Assembly: GCA_963813135.1 (NCBI GenBank)
Contig: CAWEXY010000011.1
Coordinates: forward strand, 195,399-259,398
DNA: 64,000 nt
Direction of reading: 5' to 3'
Source: an uncultured Verrucomicrobiae bacterium
GTDB taxonomy: Bacteria; Chlamydiota; Chlamydiia; Chlamydiales; Rhabdochlamydiaceae
Positions 1 through 8,590 of the stretch are shown here, in pieces. Numbering within the stretch: position 1 is the stretch's first letter; each line of letters opens with the position of its first letter. Below the pieces are notes generated by a model, which was not told the DNA's origin, ran no database searches, and saw only the letters and a program-made list of their open reading frames with translations. The position numbers and the translations under genes are program-made.

Positions 1-886
1 GCAAGTAAACACGATCGCTGTCTTTGGGGGCCTTGAAAGAGATCCGTAAGGGGATGCGCTGGGTCACCTTTGTAAAATTCCCCGACGCATTATTAGGAGG
101 AATGAGTGAAAACTGCGAAGCGGCCCCCGCTCCTATCATCTCAACTTTTCCTTCCAGCCAGAGATCGGGATAAGCATCGACCTTGATGATCACTGGATTC
201 TCAAAGCGCAGCGATCGAATTTTTGTCTCTTCCAGATTCGCGCTGACCCAGACTTGAGACAAATCGAAGAGGGAAAAAACGGTTTGCCCTTGCTGGACAA
301 CATCACCCGCAAAGTGCCACCTTTTAGCGATGACCCCATCGGATGCTGCCCTCACCTGCATCTGATCTAACTGCGTCTGAATCTGCTCCAACTGAGCTTG
401 CTGCAAGACCACTAATGACGCGAGCGACTGGAGCTCTGCGCGTGTTATTTCCCAAGCCTTCTGCACATGGTCCATCGCTTCGGGAGAAATAACCCCCGCC
501 TCAAACTCTTGGGCCGTGCGCTGCAGGTCCGACTGCGCCAGCTCCACCCGGAGATTTTGAAGGACTAGCTGGTCCTGAGCATTGCGGAGCGAGGCCTCTG
601 CTTTCTTTTTTTCATCTTTAAGGAGCGTGTCGTCGACCCGGAAGAGCAGATCTCCTTTCTTGACCTGATCTCCCTCATCCACGAAAAGTTCGGTGATTTT
701 TCCCCCATGCAGCGAACTGACAGAAATTTCCACGCCATCGATGTTCGCATCTTCGGTCGACACATAGGGAAAAACATAGAAACGCCACCACCAAAGACCA
801 ATAAAAAAGATGATGATCAATGCGATGATGAAGCCGTAGATATTTTTCTTTTCCCGAAAAACAGAAGGAGTGGCGCCTATACCCAT
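1..886 (-). CDS. HlyD/EmrA-family membrane fusion protein of an efflux pump (3' end runs off window)
   Basis: Read manually: MGIGATPSVFREKKNIYGFIIALIIIFFIGLWWWRFYVFPYVSTEDANIDG... and the EmrA motif GAASQFSLIPPNNASGNFTKVTQRIPLRI near 50-140. Absent from the ORF track because it has no stop in the window. Confidence 0.85.
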   Translation of the reverse strand, partial: MGIGATPSVFREKKNIYGFIIALIIIFFIGLWWWRFYVFPYVSTEDANIDGVEISVSSLHGGKITELFVDEGDQVKKGDLLFRVDDTLLKDEKKKAEASLRNAQDQLVLQNLRVELAQSDLQRTAQEFEAGVISPEAMDHVQKAWEITRAELQSLASLVVLQQAQLEQIQTQLDQMQVRAASDGVIAKRWHFAGDVVQQGQTVFSLFDLSQVWVSANLEETKIRSLRFENPVIIKVDAYPDLWLEGKVEMIGAGAASQFSLIPPNNASGNFTKVTQRIPLRISFKAPKDSDRVYL

Positions 887-914
887 AATAGCGCACCATA
901 TTCAAAAATATTTT

Positions 915-1577
915 TTACATCAACGACCAATTTATGGGAGTCTTGCCCCACTGCTGCAAAAGAGCATTGGCCTTCGAGAAGTGGCGGCAGCCGAAGAACC
1001 CTTCCGCTGAATAAGGGGAGGGGTGGGCGGCCTGAAGGACCACATGGTGGGTTCCGATCAGCCTCTGACCCTTTTCTTGCGCCGACTTGCCCCATAATAG
1101 AAAGACGATCGGATCTTTCCTCTGCGCAAGGACATCGATCACAGCATCGGTGAACCGCTCCCACCCCTTATCATGGTGGGACTTGGGTTCGCCCGCCCGT
1201 ACGGTGAGCGTGGCGTTGAGGAGGAGGACCCCCTGATCGGCCCATTTCTCTAAACATCCATGCGAGGGGATAGGGACGCCCAGATCTCGATTCAGCTCGA
1301 GGAAAATATTTTTAAGCGAAGGGGGAGGTTTAACCCCCTGGGGAACGCTGAAAGACAACCCATGGGCCTGCCCCGCCCCATGATAGGGATCTTGTCCCAC
1401 GATGACGACCTTGACCTTATCATAGGGGGTGTGCGCAAAGGCATTGAAAACTAAATTCTCTGGCGGGTAGACAGCGCCCGTCTCTTGAGATAGAAATTTC
1501 TTGAGGTCGCCGATATAAGGCTTGGCAACCTCATCTTTTAATTTTTCATACCAACTTTTTTCAATTTTCATGCCCAT
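915..1577 (-). CDS. ung: Uracil-DNA glycosylase (family 1)
   Basis: GQDPYH, GLSFSV, GVLLLN and HPSPYS motifs. Confidence 0.97.
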   Translation of the reverse strand: MGMKIEKSWYEKLKDEVAKPYIGDLKKFLSQETGAVYPPENLVFNAFAHTPYDKVKVVIVGQDPYHGAGQAHGLSFSVPQGVKPPPSLKNIFLELNRDLGVPIPSHGCLEKWADQGVLLLNATLTVRAGEPKSHHDKGWERFTDAVIDVLAQRKDPIVFLLWGKSAQEKGQRLIGTHHVVLQAAHPSPYSAEGFFGCRHFSKANALLQQWGKTPINWSLM

Positions 1578-1613
1578 TGACTTTTAGGGGGAATCCCCCT
1601 ACCATAACTCCCT

Positions 1614-1868
1614 ATGAAAGACTTAGCTGAGAACAATTTAATCCGTTTCAAGAATATTTCTAAGAAAAAAGAGACGATGTACGCGAATTTCAAGGTGAAA
1701 GGGGTTCGTGCGGGGGTGAACTTTACAGCCTCTATTTCGGTCGACATTTCGGCTGCCGAGGTCCATCCTGGCGACGTTCTGGAGAAGATCATCGAAGAAT
1801 GCGCCCGCATCGGCGTCAAAGAGTTCGCCAAGGCTGAGTTTCAATTTGAAGGTCTCAGTTCGATCTAG
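1614..1868 (+). CDS. Small conserved hypothetical protein
   Basis: 84-aa ORF filling the gap between ung and tRNA-Pro, protein-like composition. Confidence 0.7.
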   Translation: MKDLAENNLIRFKNISKKKETMYANFKVKGVRAGVNFTASISVDISAAEVHPGDVLEKIIEECARIGVKEFAKAEFQFEGLSSI

Positions 1869-1875
1869 ATTTTTC

Positions 1876-1950
1876 CTGGGTGTAGCGCAGACTGGCTAGC
1901 GCACTTGCATGGGGTGCAAGGGGTCGTAGGTTCAAATCCTATCACCCAGA
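1876..1950 (+). tRNA. tRNA-Pro(GGG)
   Basis: Acceptor stem CTGGGTG/CACCCAG, anticodon arm CTTGC-ATGGGGT-GCAAG, T-arm GTAGG-TTCAAAT-CCTAT; CCA not encoded. Confidence 0.95.
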
Positions 1951-1954
1951 TTTT

Positions 1955-2842
1955 TTATGAAGGATCTTTTGTTTCATTATGCACAATGCCTGCCGCATCC
2001 TTAGGGTCAAGCATTAGAACTGGCTTGGATGTCTTAAGTCGTTTTTCTACTTTTTTTATGTGTTCAGCAGGAGGGATGTTTTCGGGTGGGGTACCACCAA
2101 TCTTGGCAATAGCCGCTCTTACTTCTTTTCCAACTGCTTCATGAGCTTCAATGGCATCTCTCTGATTTTTGATGTTTTCACGTTTGAGCTTTTCTCTTGT
2201 TTGAGTCATTCGAAACTGGTTGGCCGCGAGCTCAGTTCTATCCATGCGATCCATTAGCTGTTCTTTAGGGTCAATCCCTTTGCGCGCTTTGATAGCATCG
2301 GATCCAAGGCCTCCATATAGGCCTTTGTAGCCTGCGTCATGGAATATACCGAACATTTTATTTTGGACACCTGCATCTCGAGCGGCTCCTGAGAGGGCTT
2401 TAAAATCTTGAGAGGTTTGTTTGCGCAACTCTAGACGTTCTAAATCTGCAAGAGCGGCATCGGATAGTTCTTGTCGTCTAGTTTGGATGGCGAAATATTT
2501 CTGAGCATGGGCTATTTCCGTTTTTCTGGGGTCTCCGTTCTGGGCAATGAGATAGCAAGCGAAGCGCGAAAGATGATAATCCTCAACAACTTGCGATGAT
2601 CCCTTGCCCCCAAGGATCGGTTTGCCGGCGCCGGCAAAGTGATGGCTTGGATCGTTACCAGATTGCTTACAAGATTCTATGGCTTTTTGAATGGCATTTT
2701 CAAATCGTCTCCACTGAGAATATCCCAGTGAAGGCTGAAGGTCTCTGGCGCTCCAGTATTCGATTCCGTGTTGGTTGACTTTTTTCAGATCTTCAAACGT
2801 AAGCTTGGGGAGAAGCGGGCTATAATCATCGTCTTTTTCCAT
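1955..2842 (-). CDS. dinD: DNA damage-inducible protein D (Bro-N-like N-terminus)
   Basis: EYWSARDLQ..LGY..W..F, DYHLSRFACYLIAQNGDPRK.EIA.AQ.YFAIQTRRQE, FHDAGYKGLYGG. Confidence 0.92.
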   Translation of the reverse strand: MEKDDDYSPLLPKLTFEDLKKVNQHGIEYWSARDLQPSLGYSQWRRFENAIQKAIESCKQSGNDPSHHFAGAGKPILGGKGSSQVVEDYHLSRFACYLIAQNGDPRKTEIAHAQKYFAIQTRRQELSDAALADLERLELRKQTSQDFKALSGAARDAGVQNKMFGIFHDAGYKGLYGGLGSDAIKARKGIDPKEQLMDRMDRTELAANQFRMTQTREKLKRENIKNQRDAIEAHEAVGKEVRAAIAKIGGTPPENIPPAEHIKKVEKRLKTSKPVLMLDPKDAAGIVHNETKDPS

Positions 2843-3794
2843 ACGAACCCCAAAATTGGTAAAATTTAACAGAGTGTATTAAGAAAAAAGATTTTAAACA
2901 ACCCTCTGAAAATTTAGACACCGTCATTTTTATGCGCGGATTATTTAGGACGAAATCAATTCTTGGGGAGATGGGAATCATGCCTTCCTTAAGCGGAAGG
3001 AAAAGGGTCTGCACCAATGGCTGTGACGGATCAACCGCATATTGAGAAAAATCGGTTATTCCCGCCTCTCGCAACAAAGTTTCATCGATAAAAAATTGGC
3101 CGGTTGCTTCTCGAAATGTTCGCCGCACTAGTTCATAGGCCGCATCCGCCATAATAGAAGGCCAGCGGCTCCCTGCGTAGACTTGAGGAGAGAGATAATC
3201 CTTGAGCCTTGGCGTGGCGATATTCGTTTGAGGCCAAAGCGAATTGACCGCGATCCCAACATCCAAAAACTCTGCAGCCATCCCTCGTGTACATAAACTC
3301 ATCCCATATTTGCCGATGGAAAATGACAGATGGTCCCTTAGCCACTGTACTTCAAGATTAAGAGGAGGAGCGATATTAATGATGTGAGAATTAGCAGCCT
3401 CTTTTAGGTGTGGAAAGCAGAGTTTAGAAAGAAAAAAAGCAGCCCGCACACTCGTTGACATGATTAAATCGAACTGCTGGGTCGATGTGTGGAAAGTGTC
3501 GTTGAAACAGGGCGCGCTAGTATTATTCACCAAGATATCGATACCGCCAAAGCGGTCGACGGCCGCGCCAACGAGGTGCTTTAATTCATCTATATTGCCA
3601 ACATCGATGTCGCGAAATAACACACTTCCGCCAGCGGACTCAATTTCTTCCACGGTTTCTTGCATTTGAGCAGCAGCGTCTTTGGATGCAATGACGATAT
3701 TCGATCCATCGACCGCAAAGCGAAGAGCAATAGCCCGTCCAATTCCCTGGCCGGCCCCCGTGATTAAAATGGTCTTTTTATTCATTTCAGCCAT
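2826..3794 (-). CDS. Short-chain dehydrogenase/reductase (HSDL2-like)
   Basis: ITGAGQGIG Rossmann motif, FGGIDILVNN, GIAVNSLWP.T.IAT, SRWPSIMADAAY; start chosen at MAEMNKK. Confidence 0.88.
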   Translation of the reverse strand: MAEMNKKTILITGAGQGIGRAIALRFAVDGSNIVIASKDAAAQMQETVEEIESAGGSVLFRDIDVGNIDELKHLVGAAVDRFGGIDILVNNTSAPCFNDTFHTSTQQFDLIMSTSVRAAFFLSKLCFPHLKEAANSHIINIAPPLNLEVQWLRDHLSFSIGKYGMSLCTRGMAAEFLDVGIAVNSLWPQTNIATPRLKDYLSPQVYAGSRWPSIMADAAYELVRRTFREATGQFFIDETLLREAGITDFSQYAVDPSQPLVQTLFLPLKEGMIPISPRIDFVLNNPRIKMTVSKFSEGCLKSFFLIHSVKFYQFWGSYGKRR

Positions 3795-3798
3795 ACAT

Positions 3799-4221
3799 TT
3801 AAAGAACAACCCCCAACACAAAAATTTTGTCGGGGTTGTTGTTTTGCGCTGTGAGCAAAAGAGGTAAAACAGAGAAAAAGAGGCTCGTCTTCGCCTTCAC
3901 GCCCAGCCCCAAACCCCCTACCGCCGCCAAAGCCACCAAGAAACATAAGCCCTTATCAAGGGATGTATCATCGACCGCGAAGAGCTCGTTCCCCTTTTTC
4001 ATCAAAACAAGACAGACCACTTGAATCACCACAGCACAAACAGCTAAAGCGCCAGCTGTCAGGCCCGCCATTAGATTTCCCTTGGATAAAACCACCGTTA
4101 CCGTAAAAGAATAAACAAAGCTGCTGACGGCGGCGTGTGCGGCATCGTGCGGAATGTGAGAGCTCAGCCAGCATTGCGCCGAGGAATACTGTGCGCTGCA
4201 GAAGTTTAATATGGACGTCAT
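3799..4221 (-). CDS. Hypothetical membrane protein
   Basis: Several hydrophobic segments. Start taken at MTSILNF because the ORF extension to 4398 overlaps the DnaA-box cluster. Confidence 0.6.
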   Translation of the reverse strand: MTSILNFCSAQYSSAQCWLSSHIPHDAAHAAVSSFVYSFTVTVVLSKGNLMAGLTAGALAVCAVVIQVVCLVLMKKGNELFAVDDTSLDKGLCFLVALAAVGGLGLGVKAKTSLFFSVLPLLLTAQNNNPDKIFVLGVVL

Positions 4222-4249
4222 GTGAGATGATTGTAAGTCAAAGAAAACC

Positions 4250-4440
4250 TGTTGTCGATATGCAAACTTGAGGTTGTTTGTGCATAACGTTGTTGATGGG
4301 CTGTTCGGAGCGGAGTTGTCAACATTTTCAACAACAAAAACATCGGTTATCAACAACGCAAAAGCTCTAGAGAAAATGGGGGTTATCAACAAGTCCACAC
4401 CCTCTGAAGAAGAATAAAAATTAGAAGATTAAAATAGGAC
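4250..4440. promoter_or_regulatory. Candidate replication origin (DnaA-box cluster plus A-rich unwinding element)
   Basis: TGTGCATAA 4279-4287 (=TTATGCACA), TTGTCAACA 4316, TTTTCAACA 4325, TTATCAACA 4347 and 4383, overlapping AAGTCCACA 4391, then CCCTC and an A-rich GAAGAAGAATAAAAATTAG tract. Confidence 0.6.
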
Positions 4441-4467
4441 TGCTGCCTAGAATGGGCTTGGGTAGCT

Positions 4468-5125
4468 ATGAAAGATTTTTTCTCCCACTCTATTCTTTTC
4501 TCTAGAAGAGTTTATCCATAACGTGTTATTCGAAAAAGTCGATTTTGTCTGGGAAGCGTTGATCCGCCTCCTTCCTTATCTAGAGAAACAAAAACTGGGA
4601 AAAATCGAGAGCGCTATTGTTGAGGGTGTTCACTTGCAAGAGCGCGAAAAAATTACAATCGGGCCCGGATGTATCATTGAACCGGGCGCGTTTATTCAAG
4701 GTCCTTGCATCATTGGACCCAAAACAACCATCCGTCATGGGGCGTATATTCGTGGCGGCGTGATCACGGGCTCGGGCTGTGTTATTGGGCACGCCACCGA
4801 GATCAAGCATGCGATTTTGCTAAATGACGCCAAGGCCGCGCACTTCAATTATGTGGGCGATTCGATCCTGGGGCGCGATGTGAACCTGGGCGCCGGAGCG
4901 AAGCTTGCGAATTTCCGCGCGGACCATCATGAGATCGTTATCCACAAAAAATTTCCCACAGGGCTGAAAAAACTCGGCGCCATCTTGGGCGACGGCGTTC
5001 AGCTGGGTTGTAACGCCGTCACCAATCCCGGCACCCTGATCGGCCCTCAGTCTTTTTGTCTTCCCTGCCTTAGCATTGGCGGGATTTTCCCCAAACAGAG
5101 TCAAATTCGGGAGTCTACATGGTAA
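4468..5125 (+). CDS. GlmU-related left-handed beta-helix acetyltransferase (chlamydial type); apparent 1-nt frameshift in the 5' T-run
   Basis: Hexapeptide repeats, AHFNYVGDSILG, NLGAG..LAN, KLGAILGD. ATG 4468 joins the ORF-track frame (4523) if one T of the run at about 4476-4481 is removed. Confidence 0.8.
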
Positions 5126-6009
5126 TGACACTAGAGAGCCCTAAAAGCTCGCACTTTTACTTTCTGCTCGACAAAATCGAACAAGAGATCGCCAAAAGCA
5201 TTTTGAATTTGGGAGAAAAAACAAAGCTGCGCGACGCTTGCGAATATGCGCTGAAAGGAAGCGGCAAGCGGTTCCGTCCGCTGCTCGTCATGCTTACAGC
5301 GGAAGGTATTGGACAAGGTTATAATGTGTCGGAGGCTGCGATGGCTGTCGAATTTTTCCACACAGCCTCTCTCATCGCGGACGATCTTCCTTTAATGGAC
5401 AACGAAGAAGAGAGAAGAGGCCTTCCTTGCGTGCACAAGGTCTACGGCGAATCGATTGCGCTGCTGGCCACCTATGCTCTTATTTGCGCAGCCTTTGAAA
5501 AGATTACCCAAAGCGGCGAAATGATGCGCAGCGCCGGCTATAATTCGGCCGATTATGCCACAACCCTGGCCATGCAGCACACCAGCCGCTGCGCGGGCAT
5601 TTGCGGGGCTACAGGAGGCCAATATCTCGATCTATTCCCTCCCCAGCTGTCGCTCGATAACATCAAACAGATTATCTACAAAAAAACCGTTACCCTTTTT
5701 GAGGTGTCGTTTGTTTTGGGTTGGATTTTTGGGGGCGGGGACTTAAATCGTCTGGACATCGTCAAACGCGCGGCCCTTCATTTTGGCATGGCCTATCAGA
5801 TCATGGACGATTTAAATGATCTCGAGCAGGACGAGAAAAGTCAAAAACCGATCAATTTTGCGCGCTATGTAGGCAAAGAAAGATCGCTCTTTCTCTTTGA
5901 AGATGAGCTTCGTATGTTTCAAAAGAGCCTGCAGCAGCTGGATCTTTTTACACCTTCATTTCAGAAGATGTCCGATATGCTCAACAAGCAGGTCGTGGAT
6001 AGGTATTGA
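5119..6009 (+). CDS. ispA: Polyprenyl (geranyl/farnesyl) diphosphate synthase
   Basis: GKRFRP, HTASLIADDLPLMDN..RRG, GGQYLDL, KKT, YQIMDD. Confidence 0.93.
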   Translation: MVMTLESPKSSHFYFLLDKIEQEIAKSILNLGEKTKLRDACEYALKGSGKRFRPLLVMLTAEGIGQGYNVSEAAMAVEFFHTASLIADDLPLMDNEEERRGLPCVHKVYGESIALLATYALICAAFEKITQSGEMMRSAGYNSADYATTLAMQHTSRCAGICGATGGQYLDLFPPQLSLDNIKQIIYKKTVTLFEVSFVLGWIFGGGDLNRLDIVKRAALHFGMAYQIMDDLNDLEQDEKSQKPINFARYVGKERSLFLFEDELRMFQKSLQQLDLFTPSFQKMSDMLNKQVVDRY

Positions 6010-6015
6010 GAGAGA

Positions 6016-6051
6016 TTTTAACGCAAAGGATTCTGCGCCTTTGCGTTAAAA
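6016..6051. terminator. Bidirectional terminator-like hairpin between convergent ispA and recA
   Basis: 14-bp stem TTTTAACGCAAAGG / CCTTTGCGTTAAAA with an 8-nt loop. Confidence 0.6.
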
Positions 6052-6064
6052 ATCTTCGTTCTTC

Positions 6065-7118
6065 TTACACTTCAGCTTCTTCGGGAACTTCCGCTTCTTC
6101 TTGGCGGGCTGAAGGGGCTTTTGCGGCGGCCTTTGCGAGAACCAATTTCTCAATCTCGTCGACAAGCTTGGGATTTTTCTTCAGCTCTTCGCGCACCGCT
6201 TCTTTTCCTTGGCCTAAACGATTGCCTGCATAGCTGAACCAAGCGCCTTTCTTCTCGATGATGCCAAAGTCGGATCCTAGATCGATGAGCGAACCGATGC
6301 GAGAGATTCCTTCATTAAACAGGATGTCGAACTCGGCTACTTGGAAGGGAGGGGCTACTTTATTTTTGACAACTTTGACTTTGACGCGGTTTCCAACGTC
6401 GATGTTATCAGCTCCTTTAATGCCGCCAATGCGGCGGATGTCCATGCGGATAGAGGAGTAGAACTTCAGCGCCCGGCCGCCTGTCGTTGTTTCGGGGTTG
6501 CCGAACATGACGCCAATTTTTTCCCGGATCTGGTTGATGAAGATCGCGCACGTGTTGCTCTTCGAAAGCGTGGCTGTGAGCTTGCGGAGCGCTTGCGACA
6601 TCATGCGGGCTTGAAGGCCCATAAACTGATCGCCGATCTCTCCGTCGAGCTCATTTTTAGGAACGAGCGCGGCCACGGAGTCGATCACGATGACATCGAC
6701 GGCGTTGGACCGGGCCAGGGTTTCGGCTATGTTGAGGGCCTCTTCTCCAGAGCTCGGGCTGAGAGATCATGAGATCGTCGACGTTGACGCCAAGGCGCGC
6801 TGCATAGCTGGGGTCGAGAGCGTGTTCGGCATCGATATAGGCGGCAAGCCCTCCCGATTTTTGGGCATTGGCAACAATGTGCGTCGCGAGCGTCGATTTA
6901 CCAGAAGACTCAGGGCCGAAAATTTCAACAATACGTCCGCGGGGGACGCCGCCGATGCCGAGAGCGATATCAAGGGCTACAGCGCCTGTAGGAATGACGC
7001 TGACTTCGCGGGCCGCTGAGTGTTTGCCGAGCGTCATGACGGCGCCTTCGCCGAATTGTTTTTCAATTTGTGAGAGAGCAAGCTCGAGAGCTTTTTTCTT
7101 GGCAGAATCTTGTGACAT
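6065..7118 (-). CDS. recA: Recombinase A, split by a +1 frameshift at about 6753
   Basis: N-half [24 protein letters not shown]-half [35 protein letters not shown]. Removing one G in CCCGAGCTCTGGA restores SQPDSGEEAL. Confidence 0.95.
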
Positions 7119-7180
7119 AAATGACTCCTTATTTTCATATTAGCTTGACTTGGAAATGGCTTCTCGTCAAGAAAGAAAAT

Positions 7181-8104
7181 ATGTTGTTAGTAGGAGATAT
7201 TGGGGGCACGAAGACCCACCTTGCGCTCTTTGATGGAATGAAGTGTGTTAAGGAGCAAAGGTATTTCAGCCGCGAGTTTTCCGGTCTTAAAGAAATCGTT
7301 CGCAATTTTGCTCCTGGCAAAATTGAAAGCGCCTGTTTCGGCGTGGCAGGTCCTGTAGAAAATAATCGATGCCAAGCCACCAACCTTCCATGGGTGATCG
7401 ATGCTAAAGATTTTGATATCGAAAAGGTGTGGATTATCAACGACCTCGTTGCGACGGCTTGGGCGTTGGAGTCGCTTAAAAGTGATGAGCTGGCCACCCT
7501 CAACAAGGGTAAAAAGCGCGCAGGACATCGCGCCGTCATCGCAGCGGGAACGGGTTTGGGGATAGCGGGCCTTTTTTGGGATGGAAAACAGCATCATCCT
7601 TTTCCTTCAGAAGGCGGGCATGCCGATTTTGCTCCGCGCGACGAAACAGAAAAGCTTCTGTGGATCTACCTAAAGAAAAAATACGGCCACGTCTCTTATG
7701 AGCGGATTGTTTCCGGCCCAGGCTTGGAACATCTTTATTGGTTTTACCTAGAGAGCGGCCGGGCCCATGAAAAGCTCGGCGAGGAAGATTTGCCCGCCAT
7801 CATCACCCACAAGGCCGTCCAAGGCGAGTCCAAATCCTGCCGAGAGATCGTCGAGTGGTTTTGTTCGCTTTACGGAAGCGCAGCCGGCAATTTAGCTCTG
7901 CAATTTCTGCCTCTGGGAGGGATCTATATCGGCGGCGGAATCGCGCCGAAGATCGTGCCGATCTTAAAAGAGGGATTTTTCTTGCGCGGATTTACAGAAA
8001 AGGGACGATTCCAAGAACTTCTTTCGTCCATCCCTGTCCATGTCATCATGAATGAGAACGCGGCGCTTCTGGGCGCGGCTGCTTTTGCTCGCAGGGCTTT
8101 ATAG
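7181..8104 (+). CDS. glk: Glucokinase
   Basis: LVGDIGGT, GVAGPV, TNLPW, IIND, AGTGLG, SEGGHADF, GGGIAPKI. Confidence 0.93.
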   Translation: MLLVGDIGGTKTHLALFDGMKCVKEQRYFSREFSGLKEIVRNFAPGKIESACFGVAGPVENNRCQATNLPWVIDAKDFDIEKVWIINDLVATAWALESLKSDELATLNKGKKRAGHRAVIAAGTGLGIAGLFWDGKQHHPFPSEGGHADFAPRDETEKLLWIYLKKKYGHVSYERIVSGPGLEHLYWFYLESGRAHEKLGEEDLPAIITHKAVQGESKSCREIVEWFCSLYGSAAGNLALQFLPLGGIYIGGGIAPKIVPILKEGFFLRGFTEKGRFQELLSSIPVHVIMNENAALLGAAAFARRAL

Positions 8105-8128
8105 AGAACAGCCATCCGCTTTAAGTTA

Positions 8129-8590
8129 TTATTTTTTTTGCGGATTAAAGGGTGTTATAAGACCCCAACCTGCCTTCCAATTCATAAGTCCCTTAATCAT
8201 ATCACTTAAACTAGTGTACTCATGATCTTGAAGGTTTTTGTAATACCATTTTTTTGTTGCTGGATTATAATGAAATAACGAATTGGCTATTGTGTGATTC
8301 TCGCGCACCCAATGTAAAGTAAATTCCGTTCTCTCCCTCATAAGTCCATTGATCATATAAGTTCCAGGCTCTTTCCCCCATATAGTTTGCTCTGCCATCT
8401 GTATACCAACCTCAGATGTCCAGTAGGCGGGATGATGAAATATCTCGTTTTCCCATTCTGTATTTTCCCTGGTCACCCCAAATTGGGGAGAACTGATGGG
8501 TGAAAACATGGGACTAGAAGAAGTAGAATCTAGTTTTTTTGGTGAAAGCATGGGACTAGAAGAAGTAGAATCTGGTTTTATGTGGTCCAT
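8129..8590 (-). CDS. Hypothetical protein with an SH2-like domain and an N-terminal Ser/Pro repeat
   Basis: YW..VG...AEQTIWGKEPGTYMI...FTLHWV...WYY...YTSLSDMI follows the SH2 pattern; DSTSSSPM[LF]SP occurs twice. Confidence 0.55.
   Translation of the reverse strand: MDHIKPDSTSSSPMLSPKKLDSTSSSPMFSPISSPQFGVTRENTEWENEIFHHPAYWTSEVGIQMAEQTIWGKEPGTYMINGLMRERTEFTLHWVRENHTIANSLFHYNPATKKWYYKNLQDHEYTSLSDMIKGLMNWKAGWGLITPFNPQKK

Noticed and set aside
1905..2144. 79-aa ORF overlapping tRNA-Pro
   Set aside because: It overlaps the tRNA and is antisense to dinD; spurious.
4222..4398. Upstream extension of the 199-aa ORF 3799..4398
   Set aside because: It overlaps the DnaA-box cluster; the internal MTSILNF start is more plausible.
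6657..6760. Programmed frameshifting in recA (or topA)
   Set aside because: No slippery heptamer or stimulatory structure seen; scattered single-base indels fit sequencing error better.
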